A stretch of 63,721 bases of DNA, the filler included, from Candidatus Omnitrophota bacterium (lineage in GTDB: Bacteria; Omnitrophota; Gorgyraeia; JAGLLT01), in assembly GCA_023140385.1 (NCBI GenBank). It is 6 parts of 6 records of this genome, joined end to end, with 100 filler letters (N's around TTAATTAATTAA, not from the genome) between each part and the next. Parts side by side here need not be neighbours in the genome. Positions count along the whole stretch, not along the records: positions 1 to 21,424 come from JAGLLT010000048.1; 5 more parts are not named here. The stretch is one strand, 5' to 3'. Of the stretch, positions 1-12,038 are shown piece after piece (positions within the stretch are counted from its first letter, which is position 1; every line of letters begins with the position of its first letter). The notes under the pieces are model-generated. The model was not told the DNA's origin. It saw nothing but the letters and a program-made list of their open reading frames with translations, and made no database searches. The position numbers and the translations under genes are program-made.

Positions 1-5
1 AGGGA

Positions 6-169
6 AATCCTAAATCCTAAATCCGAAACACTAAACAAATCCAAATGACCAAAATACAAAGTCCAAAACAGTTTAGAACATTTAGATTTTGAGTTTAGAA
101 TTTGTTTAGAATTTAGAGTTTAGGGCTTAGAGTTTTTAAACGTATAAAGGGTAAATAATTTTAGCAGTA
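6..169. repeat. Heptamer-built palindromic MITE-like repeat, copy 1 (left end lost at contig edge)
   Basis: CTAAATC/CCAAAT-like ~7-bp units mirrored by TTTAGA(A/G)T-like units. Collinear with 4680-4870, including the shared tail AGAGTTTTT(C)AAACG(T/C)ATAAA(G/A)GGTAAATA. Confidence 0.8.
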
Positions 170-195
170 CCTTAAATACAATGGAGAGTTTGTAA

Positions 196-1119
196 ATGAC
201 CAAACCGGCTAATAATATTACAGAGTTAATTGGTAAAACGCCGTTGGTAAAGATAAATAAGCTGGCGGCAGGGCTAAAGGCGCGGGTTATGGCAAAGGTT
301 GAATCTTTTAATCCTTTATCGAGCATCAAGGACAGAACGGCCATTTCTATGATAAGAGATGCCGAGAAAAAAGGCCTGATAAAGGATGAAACCGTAATCG
401 TTGAAGCTACCAGCGGTAATACTGGAATCGCTTTGGCCTATATCTGTGCCTTAAAAGGTTATCGCCTGGTTTTGGCTATGCCCGAGACAGTTGATGTAGA
501 GCGCCGGAGGCTTCTGGGGACGTTTGCCGTGGAGATACTTTTAACCCCGGCTAACGAGGGTATGGCAGGCGCCATAAAAGGGGCCAGGGAGACGGCTGAA
601 AAATATAAAGAGTCCATATTTTTAAACCAATGTGAAAATCCCGCCAATCCAGAGGCGCACCGCCGGACAACGGGCCCGGAAATTTGGGAGGACGCGGGCG
701 GCAGGGTTGATATTCTGGTAGCCGGTGTAGGTACGGGGGGCACCATTACAGGAACTGCTGAGTTTTTAAAGGAAAAAAATCCCGGCATTGAAGTAGTGGC
801 CGTTGAGCCGGCAAACTCTGCCGTGCTTTCAGGAGGCAGTCCGGGTGAGCATAAAATTCAGGGCATAGGGGCAGGCTTTATACCCCATATTTTAAAAAGA
901 GAATTAATTGATAGAGTGGCGGTAGTAACCGATGGGGAAGCAAGATTAACGGCCTTGAGATTAGCCAGAGAAGAAGGGATATTGGCCGGGATGTCATCAG
1001 GAGCCGCTCTCTTTGCCGCTTTAAAAGAGGCGAAAGAGGAAAAAAACGCGGGCAAGACGATTATTGTGATTTTGCCTGATACAGGTGAGAGATATAATTT
1101 AACCTGCGAAAGGACCTAA
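196..1119 (+). CDS. cysK: Cysteine synthase A (O-acetylserine sulfhydrylase)
   Basis: IGKTPLV, ESFNPLSSIKDR (PLP lysine), EATSGNTG, GVGTGGT, HKIQGIGAGF and PDTGERY motifs. Confidence 0.93.
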   Translation: MTKPANNITELIGKTPLVKINKLAAGLKARVMAKVESFNPLSSIKDRTAISMIRDAEKKGLIKDETVIVEATSGNTGIALAYICALKGYRLVLAMPETVDVERRRLLGTFAVEILLTPANEGMAGAIKGARETAEKYKESIFLNQCENPANPEAHRRTTGPEIWEDAGGRVDILVAGVGTGGTITGTAEFLKEKNPGIEVVAVEPANSAVLSGGSPGEHKIQGIGAGFIPHILKRELIDRVAVVTDGEARLTALRLAREEGILAGMSSGAALFAALKEAKEEKNAGKTIIVILPDTGERYNLTCERT

Positions 1120-1122
1120 ATC

Positions 1123-2325
1123 GTGAAAACTATAAAGGAAATTAATGAAAAGATAAAAAAGGGCAGGGCTATTGTTGTAGACGCTGAAGAGATTATTGAC
1201 TTGGTGGCCAGAAAAGGGATTAAAAAGACGGCTCAGGAGGTGGATGTGGTTACTACCGGTACCTTTAGCCCGATGTGTTCATCCGGGGCGTACTTCAATA
1301 TTGGCCACTCAAAGCCGAAAATAAAGGCCGGCGGAGGTACGGCTTTTTTGAATGATATTCCGGCCTATACAGGTTTCGCGGCGGCTGATTTATATATCGG
1401 TGCCGCGGCTTTGGCCGGGGATGATCCGAAAAACAAAATCCATCCCGGCAGGTTTAGGTATGGCGGCGGCCACGTTATTGAAGACCTGGTTTCGGGAAAG
1501 GACATAAGATTAAACATTGTTTCTTATGGAACGGACTGTTATCCAAGACAGAAGCTGGATACCTTGATTAACATCAAAGATATAAATGAAGCCGTTTTAT
1601 TTAACCCGAGAAACTGCTATCAAAACTATAACGTGGGTATTAATCTCTCGGATGAAATTATTTATACCTATATGGGCGTTCTTAAGCCCGGACTGGGCAA
1701 CGCTAACTACTGCAGTGCCGGCCAGTTGTCACCTCTTTTAAATGATCCCTTCTATAAGACTATAGGCATAGGTACCAGAATCTTCCTGGGCGGTGGTGTT
1801 GGCTATGTTGCCTGGCAGGGCACACAGCACAACCCTCAGGTAGTCAGGACAAAAGGCGGTGTTCCTAAGACCGCCGCAGGCACAATAGCTGTAATGGGTG
1901 ATCTTAAAAAGATGAGCTCAAAATATTTAAAAGGCGCGTCTATTTTAGGTTATGGCGTAAGTCTGACAGTCGGCATAGGAATACCGATTCCGGTGTTAAA
2001 TGAGGAAGTCTGTCGTTACGCGGCTGTGAAGGACGAGGACATTTATACCCGGGTGGTAGATTATTCAAAAGAGAAGTCTAAAAAATTAAAAGTGAAACTA
2101 CCGGAGGTAAATTACGCCGAACTCAAAAGCGGAACAATTAAAATCAGGGGAAAAGAGGTGCCCACCGCCAGTCTCTCAAGTTACATTAAGGCCAAGGAGA
2201 TAGCCGGCATTTTAAAAGAGTGGATAAAGAAAGGGCGTTTTTTGCTTAGTGAGCCCGTAGATATGCTGCCCGGGCCGGGAGAAAAGCAAAAACCAAAAAG
2301 CCTGAAAGAAAGACCCATAAAGTAG
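1123..2325 (+). CDS. DUF39 homocysteine biosynthesis protein (L-aspartate semialdehyde sulfurtransferase family)
   Basis: KTIKEINEKIKKG, VDVVTTGTFSPMCSSG, YGGGHVIEDL, NPRNCYQNY and GQLSPLLNDP motifs typical of DUF39. No C-terminal CBS pair. Confidence 0.88.
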   Translation: MKTIKEINEKIKKGRAIVVDAEEIIDLVARKGIKKTAQEVDVVTTGTFSPMCSSGAYFNIGHSKPKIKAGGGTAFLNDIPAYTGFAAADLYIGAAALAGDDPKNKIHPGRFRYGGGHVIEDLVSGKDIRLNIVSYGTDCYPRQKLDTLINIKDINEAVLFNPRNCYQNYNVGINLSDEIIYTYMGVLKPGLGNANYCSAGQLSPLLNDPFYKTIGIGTRIFLGGGVGYVAWQGTQHNPQVVRTKGGVPKTAAGTIAVMGDLKKMSSKYLKGASILGYGVSLTVGIGIPIPVLNEEVCRYAAVKDEDIYTRVVDYSKEKSKKLKVKLPEVNYAELKSGTIKIRGKEVPTASLSSYIKAKEIAGILKEWIKKGRFLLSEPVDMLPGPGEKQKPKSLKERPIK

Positions 2326-2353
2326 CGTATAGAATATAGCATATAGCGTATAG
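2323..2353 (+). repeat. 7-bp tandem repeat TAG(C/A)(G/A)TA x4
   Basis: TAGCGTA TAGAATA TAGCATA TAGCGTA TAG, starting at the DUF39 stop codon. Confidence 0.85.
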
Positions 2354-2372
2354 TAACGAAGGAGAAGTTGTA

Positions 2373-2615
2373 ATGAATGACAAATTGAACTTGGAAGAGA
2401 AAGTTAAGGATGCGATGGAACTTATTCGGCCGGCTATGCGGAGGGACGGTGGGGATGTTGAGTTGGTTGAGGTTACCGAAGACGGTGTAGTCAGGGTGCG
2501 CCTGAAGGGCGCTTGCGGAGGTTGTCCGATGGCTTCTGTCACCCTTAAGATGGGTATAGAAAAAACCCTGAAATCCAAAGTTCCGGAAATCAAATCGGTC
2601 GAAGCGGTTAGCTGA
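2373..2615 (+). CDS. NifU C-terminal/Nfu-type Fe-S carrier
   Basis: IRPAMRRDGGDVELV and LKGACGGCP (CxxC) motifs. Confidence 0.92.
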   Translation: MNDKLNLEEKVKDAMELIRPAMRRDGGDVELVEVTEDGVVRVRLKGACGGCPMASVTLKMGIEKTLKSKVPEIKSVEAVS

Positions 2616-2627
2616 CAGGTTTTATTA

Positions 2628-3731
2628 ATGAAAGGCAAAAAAGTTGTCGTGGGTTTAAGCGGCGGAGTTGACTCATCAGTGGCCGCTTTGTTATTAAAAG
2701 ATAAAGGCTATGATGTTTATGGAGTTACGTTCCGGCTTTTATCCGGAGAGAAGGATAACCGGCGGATTAGGCGTCAGCAGGAACTGCAAATAAAGGCAGC
2801 GGCTAACATTGCCCGGGTTTTAGGTATAAAGCACTCTGTTGTAAACGGCCAAAGGTTGTTTAAAAAATGTGTGGTGGATTACTTTTTGCGGGAGTATAAA
2901 GAGGGGCGGACGCCTAATCCCTGCTTGAGGTGCAATCGCGATATAAAATTCAGCCTTCTTAAAAAAAAGGCCGCGAGCCTGAAGGCCGGCTTTATTGCTA
3001 CCGGCCACTATGCTGTCATTGAATATGACAAGTGCGAAAGGAAATACCTTCTGAAGAGAGCGCGTGACAAAAGCAAAGAGCAGACCTACTTTCTTTACCA
3101 GTTGAAGCAGGAGGATCTTAAGAGGCTTTTGTTTCCGCTTGGGCATCTAAGGAAAAAACAGGTTGTGGATATCGCGAAGAAGCAGAAGTTTTTTCGTTTT
3201 CTAAAAAAGGAATCGCAGGAAGTTTGTTTTGTGGCGGATAACGACTATAAAAGCTTTTTTAAAAAGTACTCGCGGCAGCCGATTAAAGAAGGTTTGATAT
3301 ATGATGTTAACGGGCGTCCTATTGGCCGGCACAAAGGGCTGGTATATTATACTGTAGGCCAGAGAAAAGGGTTGGGGCTTTCAGACAAATACCCCTTATA
3401 TGTGGTTGATATAGACGAAAAAAACAACTCTATCACCGCCGGATACAAGAAATACCTTTATGCTAAAGAGTTTAAGGTTGATGATGTAATTTCTGTTTTG
3501 TCAAAAGGTTTTAGAGAATGTTTTGAGGCATCGGTGAAGATAAGGTACGGCCATAAGGCCTCGCCGGCTCTAATCCGGCCTGCTAAAAACAAAAGGCTAA
3601 AAGTCGTATTTAAGAAAAAACAAATGGCAATTACCCGCGGGCAGGCGGCGGTTTTTTATAATAGAGATGTGGTTTTAGGAGGCGGGACAATCAGCAGTGT
3701 TACGAGAGGATATAATGAAAAAGCCGGATAA
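2628..3731 (+). CDS. mnmA: tRNA 2-thiouridylase MnmA
   Basis: SGGVDS PP-loop, TPNPCLRCNRDIKF, ATGHY, SQEVCF, YTVGQRKGL and GQAAVFY motifs. Confidence 0.95.
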   Translation: MKGKKVVVGLSGGVDSSVAALLLKDKGYDVYGVTFRLLSGEKDNRRIRRQQELQIKAAANIARVLGIKHSVVNGQRLFKKCVVDYFLREYKEGRTPNPCLRCNRDIKFSLLKKKAASLKAGFIATGHYAVIEYDKCERKYLLKRARDKSKEQTYFLYQLKQEDLKRLLFPLGHLRKKQVVDIAKKQKFFRFLKKESQEVCFVADNDYKSFFKKYSRQPIKEGLIYDVNGRPIGRHKGLVYYTVGQRKGLGLSDKYPLYVVDIDEKNNSITAGYKKYLYAKEFKVDDVISVLSKGFRECFEASVKIRYGHKASPALIRPAKNKRLKVVFKKKQMAITRGQAAVFYNRDVVLGGGTISSVTRGYNEKAG

Positions 3732-4632
3732 AGAACTTATTAAAGAAATTACCGATTTAAAGAAAAAGAGAAACGCTGTTATTATAGCTCATTACTACCA
3801 ACGGCCTGAAGTTCAGGACGCGGCTGATTTACTGGGGGATTCTCTGGCCTTAAGCCGCGCGGCCGCCGAAACTAACGCCGAGGTAATTGTCTTTTGCGGT
3901 GTCAACTTTATGGCGGAAACGGCTTCTATTCTTTCACCCGATAAAAAGGTAATCATTCCGGTAAGAGATGCCGGCTGTCCTTTGGCCGATACCATTGATG
4001 TTAAGGGGTTAAGAGAAATGAAAAAGAAACATCCCGCGGCGCTGGTTGTCTGTTACGTAAATACCGCGGCTGAGATTAAGGCGGAATCTGATATTTGCTG
4101 TACCTCATCCAATTCTATTAAGGTGGTTAACTCTCTGCCGCCTGATAAGGAAATTATCTTTGTCCCTGATAAAAACTTGTGTGATTATACCTCAAGCGTG
4201 ACAGGGAGAAGGCTTATTTGCTGGCAGGGAGATTGTGCCACCCACGCTAACATAAAGGCCGATGAAATAAAGGAGGCGTTGAAACTTCACCCTTCAGCCA
4301 AGGTTATGGTTCATCCGGAGTGTACCGCTGAAGTTATTGGGATGGCAGACTGTGTTGGCTCGACGGCCGGTATGCTCAGGTATGCCGGAGAGTCTTCCGC
4401 CGGAGAGTTTATTGTCGGAACAGAAGTAGGGATTATCCATCAATTAAAGATTGAAAATCCGTTTAAAGTATTTTATCCGACACTGGAGCCGGCTCTTTGC
4501 CCGACAATGAAACTTATAACTTTAGAAAAAGTTTTATGGTCTTTAGAGAACCTTTCGCACGAAGTGAAAGTTGCCGAGGATATCAGGATAAAAGCAAAAA
4601 GAAGTATTGACGGGATGCTTGCTATAGGCTAA
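3715..4632 (+). CDS. nadA: Quinolinate synthase
   Basis: AHYYQ, GDSL, FCGVNFMAE, AGCPLA, YVNT, HPEC and CPTMK motifs. ATG at 3715 follows GAGGA. Confidence 0.95.
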   Translation: MKKPDKELIKEITDLKKKRNAVIIAHYYQRPEVQDAADLLGDSLALSRAAAETNAEVIVFCGVNFMAETASILSPDKKVIIPVRDAGCPLADTIDVKGLREMKKKHPAALVVCYVNTAAEIKAESDICCTSSNSIKVVNSLPPDKEIIFVPDKNLCDYTSSVTGRRLICWQGDCATHANIKADEIKEALKLHPSAKVMVHPECTAEVIGMADCVGSTAGMLRYAGESSAGEFIVGTEVGIIHQLKIENPFKVFYPTLEPALCPTMKLITLEKVLWSLENLSHEVKVAEDIRIKAKRSIDGMLAIG

Positions 4633-4639
4633 TAAATAA

Positions 4640-4870
4640 TAGTGTCAAAGTGATTTTAAAAGAGTTATATTCATTGTAAAAATCCTAAATACTAAGCACT
4701 AAATACTAAACAAATCCAAATGTCCAAAATGCAAATGACCAAAACAAAGACACTTAAGGTTTATAACATTTGAGCATTAGAATTTTGAAATTATTTAGGA
4801 TTTAGATATTAGGATTTAGAATTTGTTCAGAGTTTTTCAAACGCATAAAAGGTAAATAGTTTTGACAATA
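4640..4870. mobile_element. Heptamer-built palindromic MITE-like element, copy 2 (apparently complete)
   Basis: Imperfect terminal inverted repeats TAGTGTCAAA / TTTGACAATA (9/10) ending in TA. Internal mirror arrays of 7-bp units. Homologous to 6-169. Confidence 0.6.
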
Positions 4871-4895
4871 CGATTATTTCTTATGGAGAGTAGGT

Positions 4896-6299
4896 ATGAA
4901 TAAAAAATACGATGTTATCTGTATCGGAGCGGGCCCCGGCGGCTACTCTGCCGCCATACGGCTGGCGCGAGCGGGTAAATCGGTTGCTGTCATAGACCGC
5001 TCAGCCGCCTCCCTCGGAGGCACCTGCCTGAATGAAGGATGCATACCGGTAAAAAGTATGCTTAAGATATCAAAGATGCGGGCTGAATTAAAAAAGAACG
5101 GGGAGAGGTACGGCCTTGGAGTTGAGGTTAAGAGTCCTGACTTAAAAAGGATAACCGCCTACTCAAAGGAGATGTCAGCCGCGCTGAAAAAAGGTATTAG
5201 TTACCTGTTTAAGAAAAATAAGGTTGACTTTATAGAGGGTAAGGCAAGCCTTATTTCTGTCGATGAGGTAAGCGTGAAGCAGGGAGTCGACAGCAGTACG
5301 GTTTTAAAAGCAGACAATATAATTCTGGCGGTCGGCTCAAAGCCCGCTGAGGTTAACGGCCTGGAGCTTGACGGAGTAAAGATTATATCGAGCAGGGAGG
5401 CGGTAAGCCTGGAGGTTCTTCCCAAGAGGATAATTATTGCCGGCGCCGGAGCTATCGGCATAGAGTTTGCCTGTATTTTTAATAATTTAGGCAGTGAGGT
5501 TATTCTGGTTGAGATAAAAGATTGTATTTTACCCACAGAGGATAAAGACATTGCCTTAGGGCTTACTCAACTGCTTAAAAAAGACGGCATTAAGATTTAT
5601 ACTAAGTCACGCCTTGAAATAAAACAAAAGGAAGAAAATCTGGTTAGGGTAAAGATCGTGGGTGTGGATAAAGAAGAAGAGGTGGGAACGGATCTGGTGT
5701 TGGTAGCGGTCGGCCGGCAACCCGCCATAAACATCGGGGAGCTTAAAAAAGTGGGCATTGAAATTGAAGGCGGGGGGGTGAAGGTGGATGAAAATATGAA
5801 AACTACGGCCTCTCATATATACGCGGTGGGAGATATCACTCCTTATCCGATGTTTGCCCACGCCGCCTATAAAGAGTCGGAGATAGCGGCTTTGAGTATA
5901 TTGGGCAAGCCTTCAGCAAAAATTAACAGTTGGGAAATTCCGGCTGTAGTTTACTCCAACATTGAGACAGCCAGAGTGGGATTAACAGAGGCGCGGGCCT
6001 CGGCCGCGGGGTCTGATTATAAAGTTAGCAAGCACTTCTTCAGGTCGAACGGCCGGGCAGTATTAAGTAATTATCCGGAAGGTTTTATAAAGATAATCGC
6101 CGACGTTAAAAGCCGAAAGCTTATCGGAGTTTCTATATTGGGGCACGAGGCCTCAGAGCTAATACATCAATTTGCCCTCTGTATGTCCCATAATATTCCG
6201 GTTGATGAAGTTGGCAAGGCCATCTATGCCCACCCCACCTTTTCTGAGATAGTTTGTGAGGCCTCAACGGCCGTCTTTGGGCAGGCTCTTCACGGATAA
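4896..6299 (+). CDS. lpdA: Dihydrolipoyl dehydrogenase
   Basis: GAGPGG FAD motif, GGTCLNEGCIP redox disulfide, GAGAIG and HPTFSE motifs. Confidence 0.93.
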   Translation: MNKKYDVICIGAGPGGYSAAIRLARAGKSVAVIDRSAASLGGTCLNEGCIPVKSMLKISKMRAELKKNGERYGLGVEVKSPDLKRITAYSKEMSAALKKGISYLFKKNKVDFIEGKASLISVDEVSVKQGVDSSTVLKADNIILAVGSKPAEVNGLELDGVKIISSREAVSLEVLPKRIIIAGAGAIGIEFACIFNNLGSEVILVEIKDCILPTEDKDIALGLTQLLKKDGIKIYTKSRLEIKQKEENLVRVKIVGVDKEEEVGTDLVLVAVGRQPAINIGELKKVGIEIEGGGVKVDENMKTTASHIYAVGDITPYPMFAHAAYKESEIAALSILGKPSAKINSWEIPAVVYSNIETARVGLTEARASAAGSDYKVSKHFFRSNGRAVLSNYPEGFIKIIADVKSRKLIGVSILGHEASELIHQFALCMSHNIPVDEVGKAIYAHPTFSEIVCEASTAVFGQALHG

Positions 6300-6318
6300 C
6301 ATAAGAGAGAGATTGAAG

Positions 6319-6903
6319 ATGTCTAAAGCAGCGCTTTTAATAGTTGACGCGCAGAATGACTTTTGTCCGGGCGGTAAATTGCCGGTCAAAGATTGTGATA
6401 AAATAATCAGTAATATAAACATCTCTATAGATAAGTTCAAAAAAGTAAACCTGCCTATTATCGCTTCGCGCGACTGGCACCCGGCGGACTCAAGGCATTT
6501 TAAAGAGTTTGGCGGTGACTGGCCGACACACTGCGTTCGCAACAGCAAAGGAGCCGAATTTCATCCCCTGCTGAATTTGCCGGATAATGTCATCGTTATT
6601 TCAAAAGGGACCCGGATAGATGAGGATAGCTATTCGGCCTTTGAAGGGCAGGATGACAAAGGCCTATCTTTATCAGAGGTTATTAAAAAATTAAGAGTTA
6701 AGAAACTTTTCATTTGCGGCCTGGCGACTGATTACTGCGTCAAGTCCTCGGCTCTTGATGCCTTAAAAGCGGGCCTTGAAGTTTATTTGCTTCTTGACTG
6801 TGTTGAGGCGGTTGATATAAATAAAGGTGACGGAGAAAAGGCGATAGAAGAGATGGCCGCAAGAGGTGTTAAAAAGATTGAAACGAGAGAGGTTGTTTTC
6901 TAA
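6319..6903 (+). CDS. pncA: Nicotinamidase/pyrazinamidase
   Basis: VDAQNDFCPGG, DWHP, WPTHCV, SYSAF and GLATDYCV motifs. Start placed at ATG 6319. Confidence 0.92.
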   Translation: MSKAALLIVDAQNDFCPGGKLPVKDCDKIISNINISIDKFKKVNLPIIASRDWHPADSRHFKEFGGDWPTHCVRNSKGAEFHPLLNLPDNVIVISKGTRIDEDSYSAFEGQDDKGLSLSEVIKKLRVKKLFICGLATDYCVKSSALDALKAGLEVYLLLDCVEAVDINKGDGEKAIEEMAARGVKKIETREVVF

Positions 6904-6906
6904 ATT

Positions 6907-8628
6907 ATGGAAAATACCGAAATAGCGCGGGTTTTTGAAGAAATAGCCGATATGCTCGAGATATCCGGCGGCAATTCATACAAGATAAGAGCGTATAAGC
7001 ACGCGGCTTTAAATATCAGGGAGCTGTCGAAAGATTTAAAAGACATTTATATGGGCGATGAAAAGAATCTAAGGGCAATTCCCGGTGTCGGCGAGCACAT
7101 TGCCAAAAAGATTACGGAGCTGCTTGAAACGGGAAAGGTTAAAAAACACCAGGAGCTGTTAAAGAAAATTTCTCCCCAGCTTCTTGAACTTATGCGGGTA
7201 TCAGGCATCGGCCCCAAGCATTTAAGGGTACTGCACGATAAACTAAAGGTTAATAATCTTGATGATTTAGAGGAGGCCTGCCTGGGGCATAAGGTAAGAG
7301 ACCTGGAGGGGTTTGGCGAAAAGACCGAAGAGAAGATATTGGTCGCGGTGGAGGAGTTCAGGCATTTTGATAAAAGGATGAAGTTAGAACCGGCGGAGCA
7401 ATGCGCTCGGGCCATTATCCGCCATCTTAAGGAAAGCAAGGTTAAGATAGACAGGATTGAAGCGGGAGGCAGTTTGAGGAGGGGAAGGGAGACAATAGGC
7501 GATATTGACATTCTGGTTTCAACCGATAAACCCGAGAAGGTTACCGAAAGATTTATCTCCTACCCGGAGGCTGAAACGGTTATTGCCAGCGGGCCCAGCA
7601 AGTCGAGTATCTTTATTAAATCAGGGGTTCAGATAGATTTGAGGGTGGTGCGGGATGAGAGTTTTGGCGCGGCTTTAGTTTACTTTACAGGCTCAAAGGC
7701 CCATAATGTCCATATCCGTAAAATCGCCAAATTTAAGGGCCTGAAAATAAATGAGTACGGAGTGTTTAAAGGCGATAAGTCTATTGCCGGTAAAGAGGAG
7801 GAGGATATTTATCGCAGTATAGGCCTGCGCTATATGCCGCCTGAAATACGGGAAGATAGAGGTGAGATAGAGGCCTCTTCTTTAAATAAACTGCCGGAGT
7901 TGATAGAGCTAAAGGATATAAAGGGAGACCTGCATTTGCATACCGATGCCAGTGATGGCCGACAGACCATAGTCCAAATGGCAGAGGCGTCGCGTGAGAG
8001 AGGGTTGAAGTACATTGCTATTACCGAACACTCAAAGGCGGTGAGAGTAGCCCACGGCCTCGACGAAAAGGAACTGTTCAGGCACATAAAAAAGATTGAG
8101 CGGGTTGACAAAAAAATCGAAGGTATCAGGATATTAAAAGGTGTTGAGGTTGACATTGGGAAGGATGGCGCTCTTGATCTTGATGACAGCCTTTTAAAGG
8201 AGATGGATGTTGTAATCGCGGCCGTCCATTTCAGGTTTGATTTAGACAGAGAGAAAATGACCTTACGGCTGTTAAAGGCAATGGAAAATAGATATGTAAA
8301 TATTTTGGCGCATCCGACGGGCCGGCTGATAGGAGAAAGAAAACCCTCGGAAATTGACTTTGAAGTGATATTCGAAGAGGCCGCAAGCAGAAACGTGGCT
8401 ATGGAGCTGAACGCTCATTATGACAAATTGGATCTAAATGATATTCACTGCCGGCAGGCAAAAGAGTTTGGGGTGAAGGTGGTAATCTCGACCGACGCCC
8501 ATTTTGTTGACGGTCTTGACTATATGAAGTATGGAATAACTACGGCCCGCCGCGGCTGGCTGGAAAAAAAAGATGTTTTAAACACCTTAGAGTGCGGTGA
8601 ATTTTTAAAAAGCATTAAAAGAAGTTAA
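6907..8628 (+). CDS. polX: DNA polymerase X with PHP exonuclease domain
   Basis: GSLRRG, GDIDILV (DxD), YFTGSKAHN, then PHP motifs HLHTDASDG, ITEHS, AHPTGR and STDAH. Confidence 0.95.
   Translation: MENTEIARVFEEIADMLEISGGNSYKIRAYKHAALNIRELSKDLKDIYMGDEKNLRAIPGVGEHIAKKITELLETGKVKKHQELLKKISPQLLELMRVSGIGPKHLRVLHDKLKVNNLDDLEEACLGHKVRDLEGFGEKTEEKILVAVEEFRHFDKRMKLEPAEQCARAIIRHLKESKVKIDRIEAGGSLRRGRETIGDIDILVSTDKPEKVTERFISYPEAETVIASGPSKSSIFIKSGVQIDLRVVRDESFGAALVYFTGSKAHNVHIRKIAKFKGLKINEYGVFKGDKSIAGKEEEDIYRSIGLRYMPPEIREDRGEIEASSLNKLPELIELKDIKGDLHLHTDASDGRQTIVQMAEASRERGLKYIAITEHSKAVRVAHGLDEKELFRHIKKIERVDKKIEGIRILKGVEVDIGKDGALDLDDSLLKEMDVVIAAVHFRFDLDREKMTLRLLKAMENRYVNILAHPTGRLIGERKPSEIDFEVIFEEAASRNVAMELNAHYDKLDLNDIHCRQAKEFGVKVVISTDAHFVDGLDYMKYGITTARRGWLEKKDVLNTLECGEFLKSIKRS

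Positions 8629-12028
<3,400 letters not shown>

Positions 12029-12038
<10 letters not shown>

Noticed and set aside
6..169. Periodic repeats as a possible CRISPR array
   Set aside because: Units are about 7 bp, degenerate and lack unique spacers; no cas genes.
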